A DNA stretch of 64,000 nucleotides from an uncultured Gammaproteobacteria bacterium (GTDB taxonomy: Bacteria; Pseudomonadota; Gammaproteobacteria; JACCXJ01): the NCBI GenBank assembly GCA_963764725.1, contig CAVXTM010000015.1, positions 256,001 through 320,000 on the forward strand. The letters are read 5' to 3'. This document shows positions 33,354 to 44,516 of the stretch, in pieces. Each line of letters starts with the position of its first letter. Position 1 is the first letter of the stretch. The translations under genes were made by a program, and so were the position numbers. Under the pieces are notes generated by a model. That model worked only from the letters and a program-made list of their open reading frames with translations, had not been told where the DNA came from and did not search any database.

Positions 33354-34397
33354 TCATTCGATCACCTGCGTCTGCCCGTGGCGGAGGACGAAAAACTCCT
33401 CCTCCGCCACACTTCGGGCCTGCCGTGCCGCGGCAAGATCGCGCAGCGGCTGATCCAGAGGCTCGATCGTCAGGTGCTCGAAGGTCCCCCAATGGATGCC
33501 GAGTGAGCGGCGTGCGCCGATCTCGCCGTGGATGCGCACCGCCTCCTCCGGATTGACGTGGTTGTTGCGCATGAACCAGCGCGGCTCGTAGTGGCCGATG
33601 GCGATGGCGGCGAGGTCGAACGGGCCGAGCCGGCGGCCGACCTCGGGGAAATCCTCCGAGTAGGCGGTATCGCCGGAGAAGAAGAAACGGAAGCCCGCGT
33701 GCTCCGCCGCCCAGCCGCCCCACAGGTTGCTGTTGCCGTCCCAGGGGGTGCGCGCGCTCCAGTGGTGCACCGGCACCAGCGTCACCATCACGCCCGCCAC
33801 CGCGCGGCTCTCCCACCAGTCGAGCGCCGCGACGTTCGCATCGGGCAGCCGGCGGCGGAACCAGCGCTCCAGCCCCAGCGGCACGGCGAAGCTGGGCGCT
33901 CCGCCGCGCTGGCGCGAAAGCGCCCGCACGCTGGGCAGATCCAGGTGGTCGTAGTGGTTGTGGGAGATCAGCACCAGATCGATGGGCGGCAGATCGCGCA
34001 GCGCGATGCCCGGCGCCTGGTGGCGCCGCGGGCCGGTAAAGGGCAGGGGCGAGGCGCGCCGCGAGAACATCGGATCGGTGATGAGGTTGCACCCGCCCGT
34101 CTGCACCAGCACGGTGGAATGCCCGATCCAGGTGACCGTGTGCCGCGTGCGGTTGGCCTGCAGCAGCGCCAGATCCGGCGCCACCGGCGAGAGGTCGACC
34201 TGCGGCGCGCTCGGCGGCGCCTGCGCTCCGAGATCGCGGTGCAGGCGTGCCAACTCCTCCTGCGTGGGCGGGACGCGGGGATGATTGTTGCGGAAGCCGT
34301 CCGGCGAGTGATGGCGCTTCGCCGCGTCGAAGTACGGGTTGTGCGGCTTCGGCCTCGGCAGCATGCGCACCAGACGCAATACCGACCAGTGGTTCAT
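33354..34397 (-). CDS. MBL-fold metallo-hydrolase (NAPE-PLD/RomA-like)
   Basis: TWIGHST, TDPMFS.RASP, SHNHYDHLD, HHWSAR, GDT, IHWGTF. Confidence 0.92.
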   Translation of the reverse strand: MNHWSVLRLVRMLPRPKPHNPYFDAAKRHHSPDGFRNNHPRVPPTQEELARLHRDLGAQAPPSAPQVDLSPVAPDLALLQANRTRHTVTWIGHSTVLVQTGGCNLITDPMFSRRASPLPFTGPRRHQAPGIALRDLPPIDLVLISHNHYDHLDLPSVRALSRQRGGAPSFAVPLGLERWFRRRLPDANVAALDWWESRAVAGVMVTLVPVHHWSARTPWDGNSNLWGGWAAEHAGFRFFFSGDTAYSEDFPEVGRRLGPFDLAAIAIGHYEPRWFMRNNHVNPEEAVRIHGEIGARRSLGIHWGTFEHLTIEPLDQPLRDLAAARQARSVAEEEFFVLRHGQTQVIE

Positions 34398-34485
34398 GAG
34401 CCGCCCCGCTCGCGACGGCGCCCCGGCCTGCGTGATGTGCTGTAACGAGTCTGCATGGGTACGAACGCTTTGGCAGGTTGTGCAG

Positions 34486-34905
34486 TTATTCGCCGATGAT
34501 TTTCACCAGCACGCGCTTCTTGCGGCGACCATCGAACTCTCCGTAAAAAATCTGTTCCCAGGGGCCCACATCGAGCTGGCCGCTCGTTATCGCTACCACC
34601 ACCTCGCGCCCCATGATTTGGCGTTTTATGTGCGCATCGGCGTTGTCTTCACCCGTGTCGTTATGGCGATACTGACTGACCGGTGCATGGGGCGCGAGCT
34701 TCTCTAGCCAGGCTTGGTAGTCATGATGCAAGCCACGTTCATCGTCGTTGATGAACACACTCGCGGTGATATGCATCGCATTGACGAGAACCAGACCCTC
34801 TTGGACGCCACTTTCCACGACGCACTGCTCCACGTCCGGCGTGAGGTTCACAAATCCGACCCGAGTCGGAAGATTGAACCAGAGTTCTTTGCGGTAGCTT
34901 TTCAT
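34486..34905 (-). CDS. yjbQ: YjbQ (UPF0047) family protein
   Basis: [34 protein letters not shown]. Confidence 0.9.
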   Translation of the reverse strand: MKSYRKELWFNLPTRVGFVNLTPDVEQCVVESGVQEGLVLVNAMHITASVFINDDERGLHHDYQAWLEKLAPHAPVSQYRHNDTGEDNADAHIKRQIMGREVVVAITSGQLDVGPWEQIFYGEFDGRRKKRVLVKIIGE

Positions 34906-35304
34906 CACGGTCGTGGACACCGGTCGATTCAGTGTCCGGATACGGTCGTCTTGAGTGCTATGATAGCCTGCCAATGCTGGGCTTTGCGATCATGGACTTC
35001 CGCGAGACGCCAACTGGTCCTGAAACTTGGCGCCTCGGCCCCATGAATGGCCTGAAAATTCCCCGCTGGACCTAAGACACGCGTGTTTGATAGCTACTGC
35101 AGCGCTCACCAAACAATCCAGGAGTCGCCCACCGGAGCCAATCTCTCCCACGGACAGCAACCGCGCACCAGAGGGCAGGGCCGCTACACTGCCGCGCCGG
35201 GTGGTTTCTCCCTGACGGAAAGGGAAGGCTGAGGTCCTTCCGGAGGGAGGGGGCTGATCGCGGACGGCCCGCAGGCTCGGGAGCAGCCCTTCTACACCCC
35301 GTTC

Positions 35305-36717
35305 TTACGCGTCGTAGTAAAGTGCGAACTCATACGGGTGCGGACGCAGCCGGATTGGATCACATTCCTTGGTGCGCTTGTAGTCGAGCCAGGTCTCGAT
35401 GACATCGGCGGTAAAGACATTTCCCCGGAACAAAAAGTCGTGATCTTTCTCTAGCGCATCGAGCGCGGCTTCGAGCGAAGCGGGACAGCTCGGGACCTTG
35501 GCCAGCTCTTCGGGGGGCAAGTCGTAGAGATTCTTGTCGAGCGGATCGCCCGGGTTGATCTTGTTCATGATGCCATCGAGGCCCGCCATCAACATCGCCG
35601 CGAACGCCAAATAGGGGTTGCAGGAGGGATCGGGGAAGCGGACTTCGATACGCTTGGCCTTGGGGCTCGGGGAATAAACCGGGATGCGGATCGACGCCGA
35701 GCGGTTGCGCGAGGAATAGGCCAGGTTGACGGGCGCCTCGAAGCCGGGCACGAGGCGCTTGTAGGAGTTGGTGGTCGGGGCCACGAAGGCGCAAAGCGCC
35801 GGGGCATGTTTCAAGATGCCTCCGATGTACCACAGGCAGAGATCGCTCACCCCGGCGTATTTGTCGCCGGCAAAGAGCGGCTGACCGCCTTTCCAGATAC
35901 TCTGGTGGGTGTGCATGCCCGATCCGTTATCCCCGAACAGCGGTTTCGGCATGAAGGTGACGGTCTTGCCGTGTCGCAAGGCGACGTTTTTGACGATGTA
36001 CTTGTACATCATCATCTTGTCGGCCATGCGGGTGAGCGAGTCGTAAAGCAGATCGATCTCCGCTTGCCCCGCAGTGGCCACTTCGTGATGGTGCTTTTCG
36101 ACCACGATCCCGGCCTTCTCCATCTCCAGGATCATCTCGGTGCGAATGTCTTGCTGCGAGTCGGTCGGGGGTACGGGGAAGTAGCCTTCCTTGTGGCGCG
36201 GTTTGTGGCCCAGGTTCGGGCCTTTGTCGCTCCCCGAGGCCCACACCCCTTCCGCGGACTCGACGTAATAATATCCCTCGTGGGCATTTTGGTCGAAGCG
36301 AATGCCGTCGAAGATGAAGAACTCCGCTTCCGGCCCGAAGTACGCGACATCGCCAATGCCGGAGCTCTTCAGGTAATTTTCAGCCTTGGCCGCGACGTAG
36401 CGGGGGTCGCGCGAATATTGCTCGCGGGTGACCGGATCGACGATATTGCAGATCAACGAGAGGGTCGGGCATTCGGTAAAGGGGTCGATGACGGCCGTGA
36501 CCGGGTCCGGCACCACCATCATGTCGCTGGCATGGATCGCTTGCCAGCCCCGGATGCTGGATCCGTCAAAACCCAATCCTTCGTCGAAGATTTCCGGCGC
36601 GGCCTGGCTCACCGGTATCGAAAAATGCTGCCAGGTGCCGGGGAAATCCTGGAACTTGAGGTCCAGGATTTCAATGTTCTTGGCCTTGATGAGATCGATG
36701 ATTTCTTTCGGTGTCAT
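35305..36717 (-). CDS. glnA: Type I glutamine synthetase
   Basis: [45 protein letters not shown], adenylylation site NLYDLP. Confidence 0.97.
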   Translation of the reverse strand: MTPKEIIDLIKAKNIEILDLKFQDFPGTWQHFSIPVSQAAPEIFDEGLGFDGSSIRGWQAIHASDMMVVPDPVTAVIDPFTECPTLSLICNIVDPVTREQYSRDPRYVAAKAENYLKSSGIGDVAYFGPEAEFFIFDGIRFDQNAHEGYYYVESAEGVWASGSDKGPNLGHKPRHKEGYFPVPPTDSQQDIRTEMILEMEKAGIVVEKHHHEVATAGQAEIDLLYDSLTRMADKMMMYKYIVKNVALRHGKTVTFMPKPLFGDNGSGMHTHQSIWKGGQPLFAGDKYAGVSDLCLWYIGGILKHAPALCAFVAPTTNSYKRLVPGFEAPVNLAYSSRNRSASIRIPVYSPSPKAKRIEVRFPDPSCNPYLAFAAMLMAGLDGIMNKINPGDPLDKNLYDLPPEELAKVPSCPASLEAALDALEKDHDFLFRGNVFTADVIETWLDYKRTKECDPIRLRPHPYEFALYYDA

Positions 36718-36854
36718 GGATGGCTCTCCTCGTTTTTAGCTGGGATCGCTCTGCCGAGCGCCCCCGATTCTTATTAGGAGGATGCTCCGGGCATCCTCTC
36801 CCGCGGAAAAGTATAGCGCGTGTCAACCGCCGCTCGCTATCGGTCGATTGTCCG

Positions 36855-39043
36855 TTATCCTCCCGGCTCCACCACCTCGAGCTCCCGCAGCCGGTGCCGG
36901 AACTCTTCGGTCACCGCGCGCGCCTCGGCTTGATCGCGTACGGCCCGGGGGGTCATCAGGACCATTAACTCCTGGCGCTCGGCGTTGTCCGTGGTGGTGC
37001 TGAACAGAGCCCCGAGCACCGGGATATCCTTGAGGAACGGGATACCTCTGTTCGACTCGGTTTTGTTCTCGCTGATCAAGCCGCCGAGCACAAGTGTCTC
37101 GCCGCTCTGGACGGTGACTGTGCTCTCTATGTTGCGTTTGATGAACGCGGGATTTCCCCCAGGGTTTGTGCTCTGGTCGACAGCGGTATTGACTTCGGAT
37201 ACCTCCTGTTTGAGCTCCAGGGTGATGCGACCGCCGAGGTTGACACGAGGCGTCACCTCGAGGATCACGCCGACGTCCTTGAACTCGACCGAATTGACTA
37301 TGTTGGGGTCTTGGGCGGTCACCGCCTGCTGCTGCTGTGTGGTGACCGGCACCTCATCCACCACCTCAATGATTGCAGTTTGGTTGTCGAGTACCATCAA
37401 GGAAGGCGAAGACAGGACGTTCAGCTTGTTTTGCGAAGCCAGCGCGTTCAATAGGGCCTTAACTTCGTTGCCTGAGAGTAGCGCATAGGTAAAGCCTGCG
37501 CCTGGTACAAACGGGGTTACAAACGGACACCAACCCCCGGGGTAACCCCCAAGCGCAGCGAACCCTGGCCAGTGGTGCCGCCTCCTGGTCCGGTGTTCCT
37601 AAACAGCCACTCGACCCCATATTGCAAATTATCCGTCAGCGTGATGTCGACGACAGTGGCTTCGATCAGCACCTGCAGCGGGATGACATCCAGGCGTCTT
37701 AGTGCCGACTCGATCATCTTGTAGTCCTGCGGCTTGGCCATGATCAGAAGCGCGTTGTTGGTCTCATCGGCAGTGATGCGCAGGGTCTCGGTCTCCACCA
37801 CCGAGACTGCGGCAGCGCCCTCGCGGCGCTCGCCGCTCCGTCGTCGACGGTCGGACCCGCCCATCCTCTCGCGTTCGCCTTCCTGCGGTTCGCTCTCGAG
37901 GCTCGCGAGGGTCTCTCCCGGCGCGGCCTCGGGCTCCGGTGCAGTCGGTTCGCCCGCCTTGGCCTCGGCGCCGAAGATCCCGCCGAGCACGGCGGCAAGG
38001 TCGGCCGCTTTGCCGTTCTGTACGCGATAAACATAGAGACGCGGGCTGACCGATTCGCCTATTTGATCCAAGCGTTCGACCCAGTTCCGCGCCTGGTCAA
38101 GGTAGCCCGGATGCGAGGAGACGACGAGCAGCGCGTTGAGGCGCTCCACCGGCACCATCCGGACAACACCGGTCAGGGGACTGTCTTTCTCTCCGAGGAT
38201 CTTCTCCAGCTCGCCGTGCAGCGTCTTGACATCGGCGTGCTGAAGCTTGAACAGCGCCATCGACATCCCGCTGAGCCAGTCCACGTCGAACAGCTCCACA
38301 AGCTCCACGGCCGCTTGGATTTCCTGCTCGCTTCCGGTCAGGATCAAAAGGTTGCGCTGCGGGTCTACGATTTGCGGCGCGTCTTGGGGCAAGAAGGGCT
38401 CGATTAACTTGTGGAGCTCGCGGGCGGAGGCGTAACGCAGCGGTACGACGCGAATCGAATAGCCACGCGCCGCGGCGAGCCGGCTCACCGACGACGGCGG
38501 GGAACCGCGGGCCGCTTGCGGGGAGGGGAGGATCTTGTACATGCCTTCGGCTTGCAGCAACGAGGCGCCGTTCAAGCGCAGCAGGTTTTCCAGCGTCGGT
38601 AATAACTCGTGCCGCTTGAGCGGCCGGGTCGTCTGAATCGTGGTCGTTCCCGCCACCTTCGGGTCGATGAAATAGTTCTCCTTGAGGAGATCGCCCAGGA
38701 CCGCCTTGACCACCTCCTGCAAATCGGTGTTTTCGAAGTTGAGCGTGTATTCTCCCGTATCGTCGCTCGGCGGTGGACCTTTGTATCCGCCTTGCGGTTT
38801 CACGAAAGTGCCGCTCCCGGGATACATCTCGACTTCGGTCTTAAGGGGTTTCTTGTCGTCGGGTTCTTCGAGCGGGATCATTTCTGTGATGGGCGGAGGC
38901 GCGGGCTGGACCACCGGGGGCGGCGCGCCGCGGACAGGAGCGCCCGGTTCCGCCTCGTGGGGACGCGAGGCGGTACAGGCGCCACCCACGGCAATGCCGG
39001 CAGCCACGAACGTCCATCGAACCCACAGCGCGCTAAGGTCCAT
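36855..39043 (-). CDS. gspD: Type II secretion secretin GspD (frameshift at ~37520; ORFs 37517..39043 and 36855..37451)
   Basis: LNFEN.DL..VV, N domains, QVLIEA, VLSSPSL..LDNQ, GETLVLGGLI, GIPFLKDIP.LGALF. Confidence 0.92.
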
Positions 39044-39185
39044 TACAGCTTGATAACCCCAATTGTGCTAAGTGCAGAGGGACCGGTGTTGGCCCGCGGA
39101 GATTTCTGGCGCTACTATAAACAAACGTAGAATAAAAATCTCCTTAGTCATGGTGTTATCCGATAAATATAAGATCACTTCGATA

Positions 39186-39845
39186 TTAGGCCGCCTTAAT
39201 CGTGCGGGGCAACTCTCGGGTGGTTCGCCGGATTCCAGGGGTGGCGCCTGGGGTGGCGCCTCGGGGTGGCGCGGCGGGATTTCGTGGCGCGCGGACGGGA
39301 GGTTGCCTGCGGGCCAGAAGCGCGGCGCGCTGGGCAGCCACCTTGAACTTCTCCGGCGTTTTGCGGAGCAGCGGTAGACGTTCTTGTTCGCGCTCCCGCG
39401 TGAATATAACAGCGTCATGCTCAATCGCTTTCACGGTCCAGCCATGAAACTCCTGGCCATCCGCGACGCGCTGGAGCTTGTCGTCCTTAATTCCGCGAAT
39501 CAAAGCGAAGCGTTGCTCGGGTGTGATCACGACGGCCGAGACGGCATACTTGCTCAAGGGCGTATCCGAGGTGGGCTGCGTCGCGGCGCCGGTATTCGCG
39601 CTCGGTGCCGGACGGCGTGTCTTCAAGAATAGGGGACGGGTGATGATTTCCTGGAATTGATTCAACGGCGGTAAGGTAAAATCGCTTTCGACGGCGGGCG
39701 CCTTCCAAGGCAGGTCCGTCGATGCCGCGTCGACCCGCACTGGTTTTGAAGGGACGGCAAACTCATAGGCGAGCACGAGACCCAGTAGCGTACACAGCGC
39801 GCCCAGGGTCATGGTGACGGCACTCATGGATCCCAGCCATTTCAT
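39186..39845 (-). CDS. T2SS accessory protein (XpsN/GspC-like)
   Basis: N-terminal TM helix, RPLF..TRRP, GQEFHGWTV..I; lies between gspM and gspD. Confidence 0.7.
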   Translation of the reverse strand: MKWLGSMSAVTMTLGALCTLLGLVLAYEFAVPSKPVRVDAASTDLPWKAPAVESDFTLPPLNQFQEIITRPLFLKTRRPAPSANTGAATQPTSDTPLSKYAVSAVVITPEQRFALIRGIKDDKLQRVADGQEFHGWTVKAIEHDAVIFTREREQERLPLLRKTPEKFKVAAQRAALLARRQPPVRAPRNPAAPPRGATPGATPGIRRTTRELPRTIKAA

Positions 39846-40441
39846 GACTTCTCAAGCGCCATGTAGCCGGAGAGACTAAAGCGAATATCCATCTCGTCAT
39901 TCGCTGGTTTCCCCGGCCGGAACTGGTAAGCGCTCCGGCCGCGTAGATACACTTGATCGACAAACATGCGCGGCTGTCCTGCCTCTAAGGTGTGAAACAC
40001 GCGTTGTACCGTCTCGGTGGAACCCAACATTTGGACCTTGATCGATACGGGCTGCTTGGCGTCGGCTTTGCCCCCGTCCTCCGTCGTGTCGGGCATGATC
40101 TGTATGCTATTGAGCCGTCCGGCGTTTGCTTCAACGACCTTCTTCACATGCTGTTGCATCTCCGCGGCCGCGAGTGCGCGCGTCTTGCCCTGCAAATACC
40201 CGCGTTGTTGCTTGGATAGTTGCTCCTTGAGCCGCACAAACTGTTGCTGTAAATCGCTGCTACGGCTAGCGACGCGCTCGTAACCGGCCAATCGATTCTG
40301 GAGATCTGAGATCCGCTCTCCGTAATCTCCGTACATCGAAACCAGCGGTTGAATCAAGACCATGTACAACGCGGCGAGCAGCAGCAAGAGTAGGCCGACG
40401 GCCACCCCTTGGCGTTGACCCGCAGTGAGGCGCTCCATCAC
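39842..40441 (-). CDS. gspM: T2SS protein GspM
   Basis: TM helix plus coiled coil; A.A.MQ..VK, LE...P..FVD; operon position. Confidence 0.85.
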   Translation of the reverse strand: MMERLTAGQRQGVAVGLLLLLLAALYMVLIQPLVSMYGDYGERISDLQNRLAGYERVASRSSDLQQQFVRLKEQLSKQQRGYLQGKTRALAAAEMQQHVKKVVEANAGRLNSIQIMPDTTEDGGKADAKQPVSIKVQMLGSTETVQRVFHTLEAGQPRMFVDQVYLRGRSAYQFRPGKPANDEMDIRFSLSGYMALEKS

Positions 40442-41550
40442 GATGAGCCCGCCTCCGCAACCACTTCGGCGGCGAGATTGAAACGCTCGGCGCCGGTCAA
40501 GCGGTTTTGGGTCACGGGCGACCGAAACGAGGCATTCTTGAATAACGGCGATGCCTCTATGAGGCCAATGACCGCTGAGGAGGTGGAAGATTCACCTTGC
40601 ATCGTCATTTCCGTCCCGCTGATCTCAAACTGGTACAGCCAGGTGTCGTCGGGAAGCACGCGGGTAAGCTCGTCCAGAACCCCGATCGTTACGGGCGTTG
40701 TTTTCTTTTTTTCGATGAGAAAGCGGGAGTCGCTGGCCAAGACTTCGAGCTGCCGATGCAGATCGTCCACGGCCTGGGCTTGTGTCTTAACTTCGGCGAT
40801 TCGGCTCTCGATCTCGGTAATGGACCGCTGCTTCTGTATCAAGGGTACGGCCACGGCGCCGGCTAGTAGACCGGCGGCCGCGGCTGCGAGGGCGAGATTC
40901 AGGCCTTGCCAGACAGGCGTTTTCACCCGTCGCCGGTCGAGCGGCAGTAAATTGATCTCATGGCCGTTGCCTCTCGCTTCCGGCGTCCGTACCCGGTCGG
41001 GATGCAGACCGAACGGCGCGAGCTTGCCGAGGATCTCATCCAATGAGGCGCGGGGGATGGCAACCACCTCGACCCGCAAACGCTTTGCTGCCGTAACTCG
41101 CTCGAGGACACGAAAGTCGTAGTAGACCTGGCCGGCTTTAAACGGCGTCTCCTGGTCCATGGCGTAACCGAGGACCTCCCTGAGGTTTTCCTCGGCAGCC
41201 AGCGGCAGGTGCACCTCCCGGCGCAACACGCGCTGCGGCGGTAGTTCAAGTATCACTTCGGTTGCGGGCGTCCGATCACTCCCGAGATGCCGCAATGCCG
41301 CCAAAGCAGCCTCCGACGGCGCGGTGGTAGAGAAGCGGGAACGCGGGACCGCCGGATCATGCCCGTCGGTCTCTCGAACAACCTCGATCTCGGTGTCGAG
41401 CCACTGAATGACCCAGCGTTCCGGCTCTATGTTCGCCAGCCGCCGTATCGAGTCCGGCAACAGCATCCAAAGCTCGCTCGACCACCAATCGAAGAACGCG
41501 CGTGCCTGTGCCCGCACCCAATCGATGTTTAGCCTCGAGTCGCTAGACAC
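40438..41550 (-). CDS. gspL: T2SS protein GspL (PilN-domain type)
   Basis: FFDWWSSEL, LPLAAEENL, ETPF....VYYD, INLLP, LT..LPDDTWL. Confidence 0.85.
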   Translation of the reverse strand: MSSDSRLNIDWVRAQARAFFDWWSSELWMLLPDSIRRLANIEPERWVIQWLDTEIEVVRETDGHDPAVPRSRFSTTAPSEAALAALRHLGSDRTPATEVILELPPQRVLRREVHLPLAAEENLREVLGYAMDQETPFKAGQVYYDFRVLERVTAAKRLRVEVVAIPRASLDEILGKLAPFGLHPDRVRTPEARGNGHEINLLPLDRRRVKTPVWQGLNLALAAAAAGLLAGAVAVPLIQKQRSITEIESRIAEVKTQAQAVDDLHRQLEVLASDSRFLIEKKKTTPVTIGVLDELTRVLPDDTWLYQFEISGTEMTMQGESSTSSAVIGLIEASPLFKNASFRSPVTQNRLTGAERFNLAAEVVAEAGSS

Positions 41551-41574
41551 TGCTCATCACCAATCTAAGAACTG

Positions 41575-42486
41575 TCAAACGCCTTCCTGCCACGCAAGCA
41601 CGCTATACGGTTTCCCGGAGCGGTGAATTAGTTTTATTATTGCGGCGACGGACGCCAGCGTCTGGCCCGGTAACCTAGCTTCGGCTCGCACCGTATAGAT
41701 TACACCATTACTTGGCACAACGAAGCGGGCGTCGATGATCGGCTTGAGCGCATCGCGCCGGTTCTCGCCCGGTTCCTCGGCGTTGTCGCGCCGGCGGGCA
41801 AGGACCTCCTCGAGATCGCGGCCGGTGTCTTCACCGGACAGCAGCAATGCGCGCAGTACCTCGGGCGGAGCCACCTTATCGTCTATCCCGGCCGAATGGG
41901 AGTGCACGGTAAGCGCGGGCCGCAGACGCTTGAACAAGCGTGGTGTCACACCGAGCACCTGTTGCAGTTCCTCGACCGTATTAAACGTAGCGTCCTTGGC
42001 CCCGTGGGTCCTGCCGGCCGCTTCGTATTCTTGATCTTCGGCGCCGTTCAAGCGCCGCAAGCTATCCGGGTCGCGCCAGTCTTCTATCGCGTCGAGTAGC
42101 GCGTCGCGCCGGTCGTCTTCGATATCCGATGCCCGGAGCAAGGCGTCGAGGAGGCCGCGTTGAGCGCTATTGAGGTCGACCTTGCCTGCTTCGTCCTGCA
42201 GTGACACCGTGATCGACGCCCCCCCGAAGCGGATCCGGTGGCGGCTGCCATCGCCACGCCAGCGGCGCAAGCGATCGGGGTTCGTAAGCTCTAGGATGCC
42301 CCGATACAGGCCCGCCTCGGCGAGCGCGCGGGCCTGTGCCTGTACCACGAGATCGTGAGCCAGCGTGGTCTCGGTCCGCATGCTGAACGCCAGGCTGGCG
42401 GCCACGGTACTGAGCAAGGCGACGACCCAGAGGACGATCACGAGCGCGAATCCCTGCTCCGTCGCCGACGCCCGTATCGCTTTCAT
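41575..42486 (-). CDS. gspK: T2SS minor pseudopilin GspK
   Basis: QGFALVIVLW, DEAGKVDLN, DAIEDWRD.D, EELQQVLG. Confidence 0.92.
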   Translation of the reverse strand: MKAIRASATEQGFALVIVLWVVALLSTVAASLAFSMRTETTLAHDLVVQAQARALAEAGLYRGILELTNPDRLRRWRGDGSRHRIRFGGASITVSLQDEAGKVDLNSAQRGLLDALLRASDIEDDRRDALLDAIEDWRDPDSLRRLNGAEDQEYEAAGRTHGAKDATFNTVEELQQVLGVTPRLFKRLRPALTVHSHSAGIDDKVAPPEVLRALLLSGEDTGRDLEEVLARRRDNAEEPGENRRDALKPIIDARFVVPSNGVIYTVRAEARLPGQTLASVAAIIKLIHRSGKPYSVLAWQEGV

Positions 42487-42507
42487 AGTGCGTAAACGTC
42501 CAGGAGG

Positions 42508-43221
42508 CTAGAAATCATCGGGACCCTCCTCGCCGACCTCATCAAAATCGAGGTTCGCGTCCGATTCTTCCGCGGATTCGGGCGGCTGCATGAGCAGTTG
42601 TGGTTCGCCGGCGTCCGGTTCCGCGTGGACCGGGATCACGAGCACGGGCCAGGCGCCGTGCCTTGCGGTCTTGATATTGAGCCGTACCCGCGTCGGCAGC
42701 CGTTTGTTGTCGTTCCAGGTGTCGTGCCACGCGGTGACGCGGCGGGATCTGCCGTAGTAGGAGAACAGGGCGTTCTGAACGTGGTTGAGCATCACGGTTC
42801 GGCGGGCGTGCTCGGGGGCAACCAACGGGTCGTCGAGATCGGGTTCGGCGCGCCAATAGGTGAATACGAGCTGGCCACCGCTGACGAGCTCGATCGCGCC
42901 GATATAAAGCCCGCCCGGCTCGCCCCGGATGGGCGAGTCGGCGGTAAAGATTAGGGATCGAGATCCGCCGCGAAATACAAGCTGCTGTTGGGCTTGGTCT
43001 AGCCAGACCAGGGGATAGGCGCGGCTTACCTGGCGCGAAATGAAACCGGCGACCGCCCGCTGATCCTCGGTCATCGCCGCCCGCGTCTCGGCGGCATCGG
43101 AAGCGCGGGTCCCGACCCGCAATCCGCTGTAGAGCGCCACCATGATGAGGCCGGTGAGTGTAAGTGCGAGCAAGAGTTCGACGAGCGTGAATCCGCCGCC
43201 CGCGCGTTGCCGCGTCGTCAT
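42508..43221 (-). CDS. gspJ: T2SS minor pseudopilin GspJ
   Basis: Prepilin motif GFTLVELLLAL; W...W....LP..V. Confidence 0.88.
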   Translation of the reverse strand: MTTRQRAGGGFTLVELLLALTLTGLIMVALYSGLRVGTRASDAAETRAAMTEDQRAVAGFISRQVSRAYPLVWLDQAQQQLVFRGGSRSLIFTADSPIRGEPGGLYIGAIELVSGGQLVFTYWRAEPDLDDPLVAPEHARRTVMLNHVQNALFSYYGRSRRVTAWHDTWNDNKRLPTRVRLNIKTARHGAWPVLVIPVHAEPDAGEPQLLMQPPESAEESDANLDFDEVGEEGPDDF

Positions 43222-43628
43222 CGGCGCGGCCGCGGCCGCAGCCTCAAGCTCATTAGGCTGACCGCGCGTGTTTTCGCGGCTTCTTGCCAGAGCACGCTGA
43301 CCGTGACTCGATAGGCGTCGAGCGACAGCTTTTCCGGGTCGAGATGGGCGGGGAAATAGGGTTCGATGCGGCGTGTCCACTGATAGCGGCCACCGGTCTC
43401 TCCCGACTCCTCGCCGGACAGCGCGGTGGTCTCCAGATCCACGCCCGCCAGCAACGATTCGGCCCACAGGACCGCCTCCGTGTAGTCGGCGCCGAGCTTG
43501 CTGCTACGCAGGGCGGTGGCGAAGATCTGCAGCAGCACGCCTAAGGCGATGGCCAAGATCGAGAACGCGACCAACACCTCGAGCAAAGAAAAGCCGCGTG
43601 CGACTCGGATAGGACTAGAAAATCGCAA
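43218..43628 (-). CDS. gspI: T2SS minor pseudopilin GspI
   Basis: GFSLLEVLVAF.ILA. Confidence 0.88.
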   Translation of the reverse strand: MRFSSPIRVARGFSLLEVLVAFSILAIALGVLLQIFATALRSSKLGADYTEAVLWAESLLAGVDLETTALSGEESGETGGRYQWTRRIEPYFPAHLDPEKLSLDAYRVTVSVLWQEAAKTRAVSLMSLRLRPRPRR

Positions 43629-44046
43629 CGCGGCCGGTCAACCAACTGATATCAACGACATAGCGTAAGGGCCCGCTCGCGAGGGTGATCTGGCCGCCCG
43701 TCGAGCTGCCGTCGGGGTAGAATCGAAACGCCCCGGTACTTTCCGACCGCAACTGGGAACGGGCGGTGTCGAGCTTGATGTCAGCCCCTCGCGGTAGCGT
43801 CCGGGTACCTTTGCGTCCGCTGATCTCATAGTGCTTATCGGCGATGTTTACCGTCACGGTGGATTCGACGTGGCGGTTAATCGCCCGGCTACGAGCGTAG
43901 CGTAGCGCCGCGGCTATTTCGCGCGCGGCCGAGCGCAACTCCACGCCCGTAGCGCCTTTCGAGAACAGGGGAGGAACCAGCGCCAGCATGAGGCCGCCGA
44001 TGACCAATACGACTAAAAGCTCGACCAGCGTGAACCCGCGGGGCAC
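43615..44046 (-). CDS. gspH: T2SS minor pseudopilin GspH
   Basis: RGFTLVELLVVL, RFYPDGSSTGG, WLTGRV; start position uncertain. Confidence 0.88.
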   Translation of the reverse strand: MPRGFTLVELLVVLVIGGLMLALVPPLFSKGATGVELRSAAREIAAALRYARSRAINRHVESTVTVNIADKHYEISGRKGTRTLPRGADIKLDTARSQLRSESTGAFRFYPDGSSTGGQITLASGPLRYVVDISWLTGRVAIF

Positions 44047-44056
44047 AGGCGAAACT

Positions 44057-44488
44057 CTATTGCCAATTGGCGATGTCCCGGTCCTCGCCCTCACCGCCCT
44101 CGGCGTTGTCCGCGCCAAGCGTGTACAGGTCAAAATCGCCGTGTTCACCCGGAAACCGATACTGGTAGTCCAAGCCCCAGGGATCTTTGGGTACTTGTTT
44201 CTTCTTTAAATACGGCCCATTCCAGCGTTCGGTCCCGGCCGGCGCCTCGACCAGCGCGTCGAGCCCCTCGTCGCTCGTGGGATAGCGGCCGATCTCCAGC
44301 TTGTACATGTCCAAGGTGGCGGCGAGATCCTCGATTTGCAAGCGGGCCGAATCGCTTTTAGCCCCGCTCAGATATTTCATGACCCGGGGTCCCACGAGGC
44401 TCGCGAGCAACCCTAGAATCACCAGCACCACCAGTAACTCGATGAGCGTGAAACCCCGCAGTGAACGGCGTTCCTTAGTTCGTTTCAT
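44057..44488 (-). CDS. gspG: T2SS major pseudopilin GspG
   Basis: GFTLIELLVVL, YPT..EGL.ALV, W.GPYL...VPKDPWG..Y.Y. Confidence 0.95.
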   Translation of the reverse strand: MKRTKERRSLRGFTLIELLVVLVILGLLASLVGPRVMKYLSGAKSDSARLQIEDLAATLDMYKLEIGRYPTSDEGLDALVEAPAGTERWNGPYLKKKQVPKDPWGLDYQYRFPGEHGDFDLYTLGADNAEGGEGEDRDIANWQ

Positions 44489-44516
44489 TTCGCTAAGTCC
44501 TCTAGTTGACGTAAGT

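Noticed and set aside
35030-35300. GC-rich intergenic region after glnA as a possible ncRNA or riboswitch
   Set aside because: No recognisable conserved motif; would need an Rfam scan.
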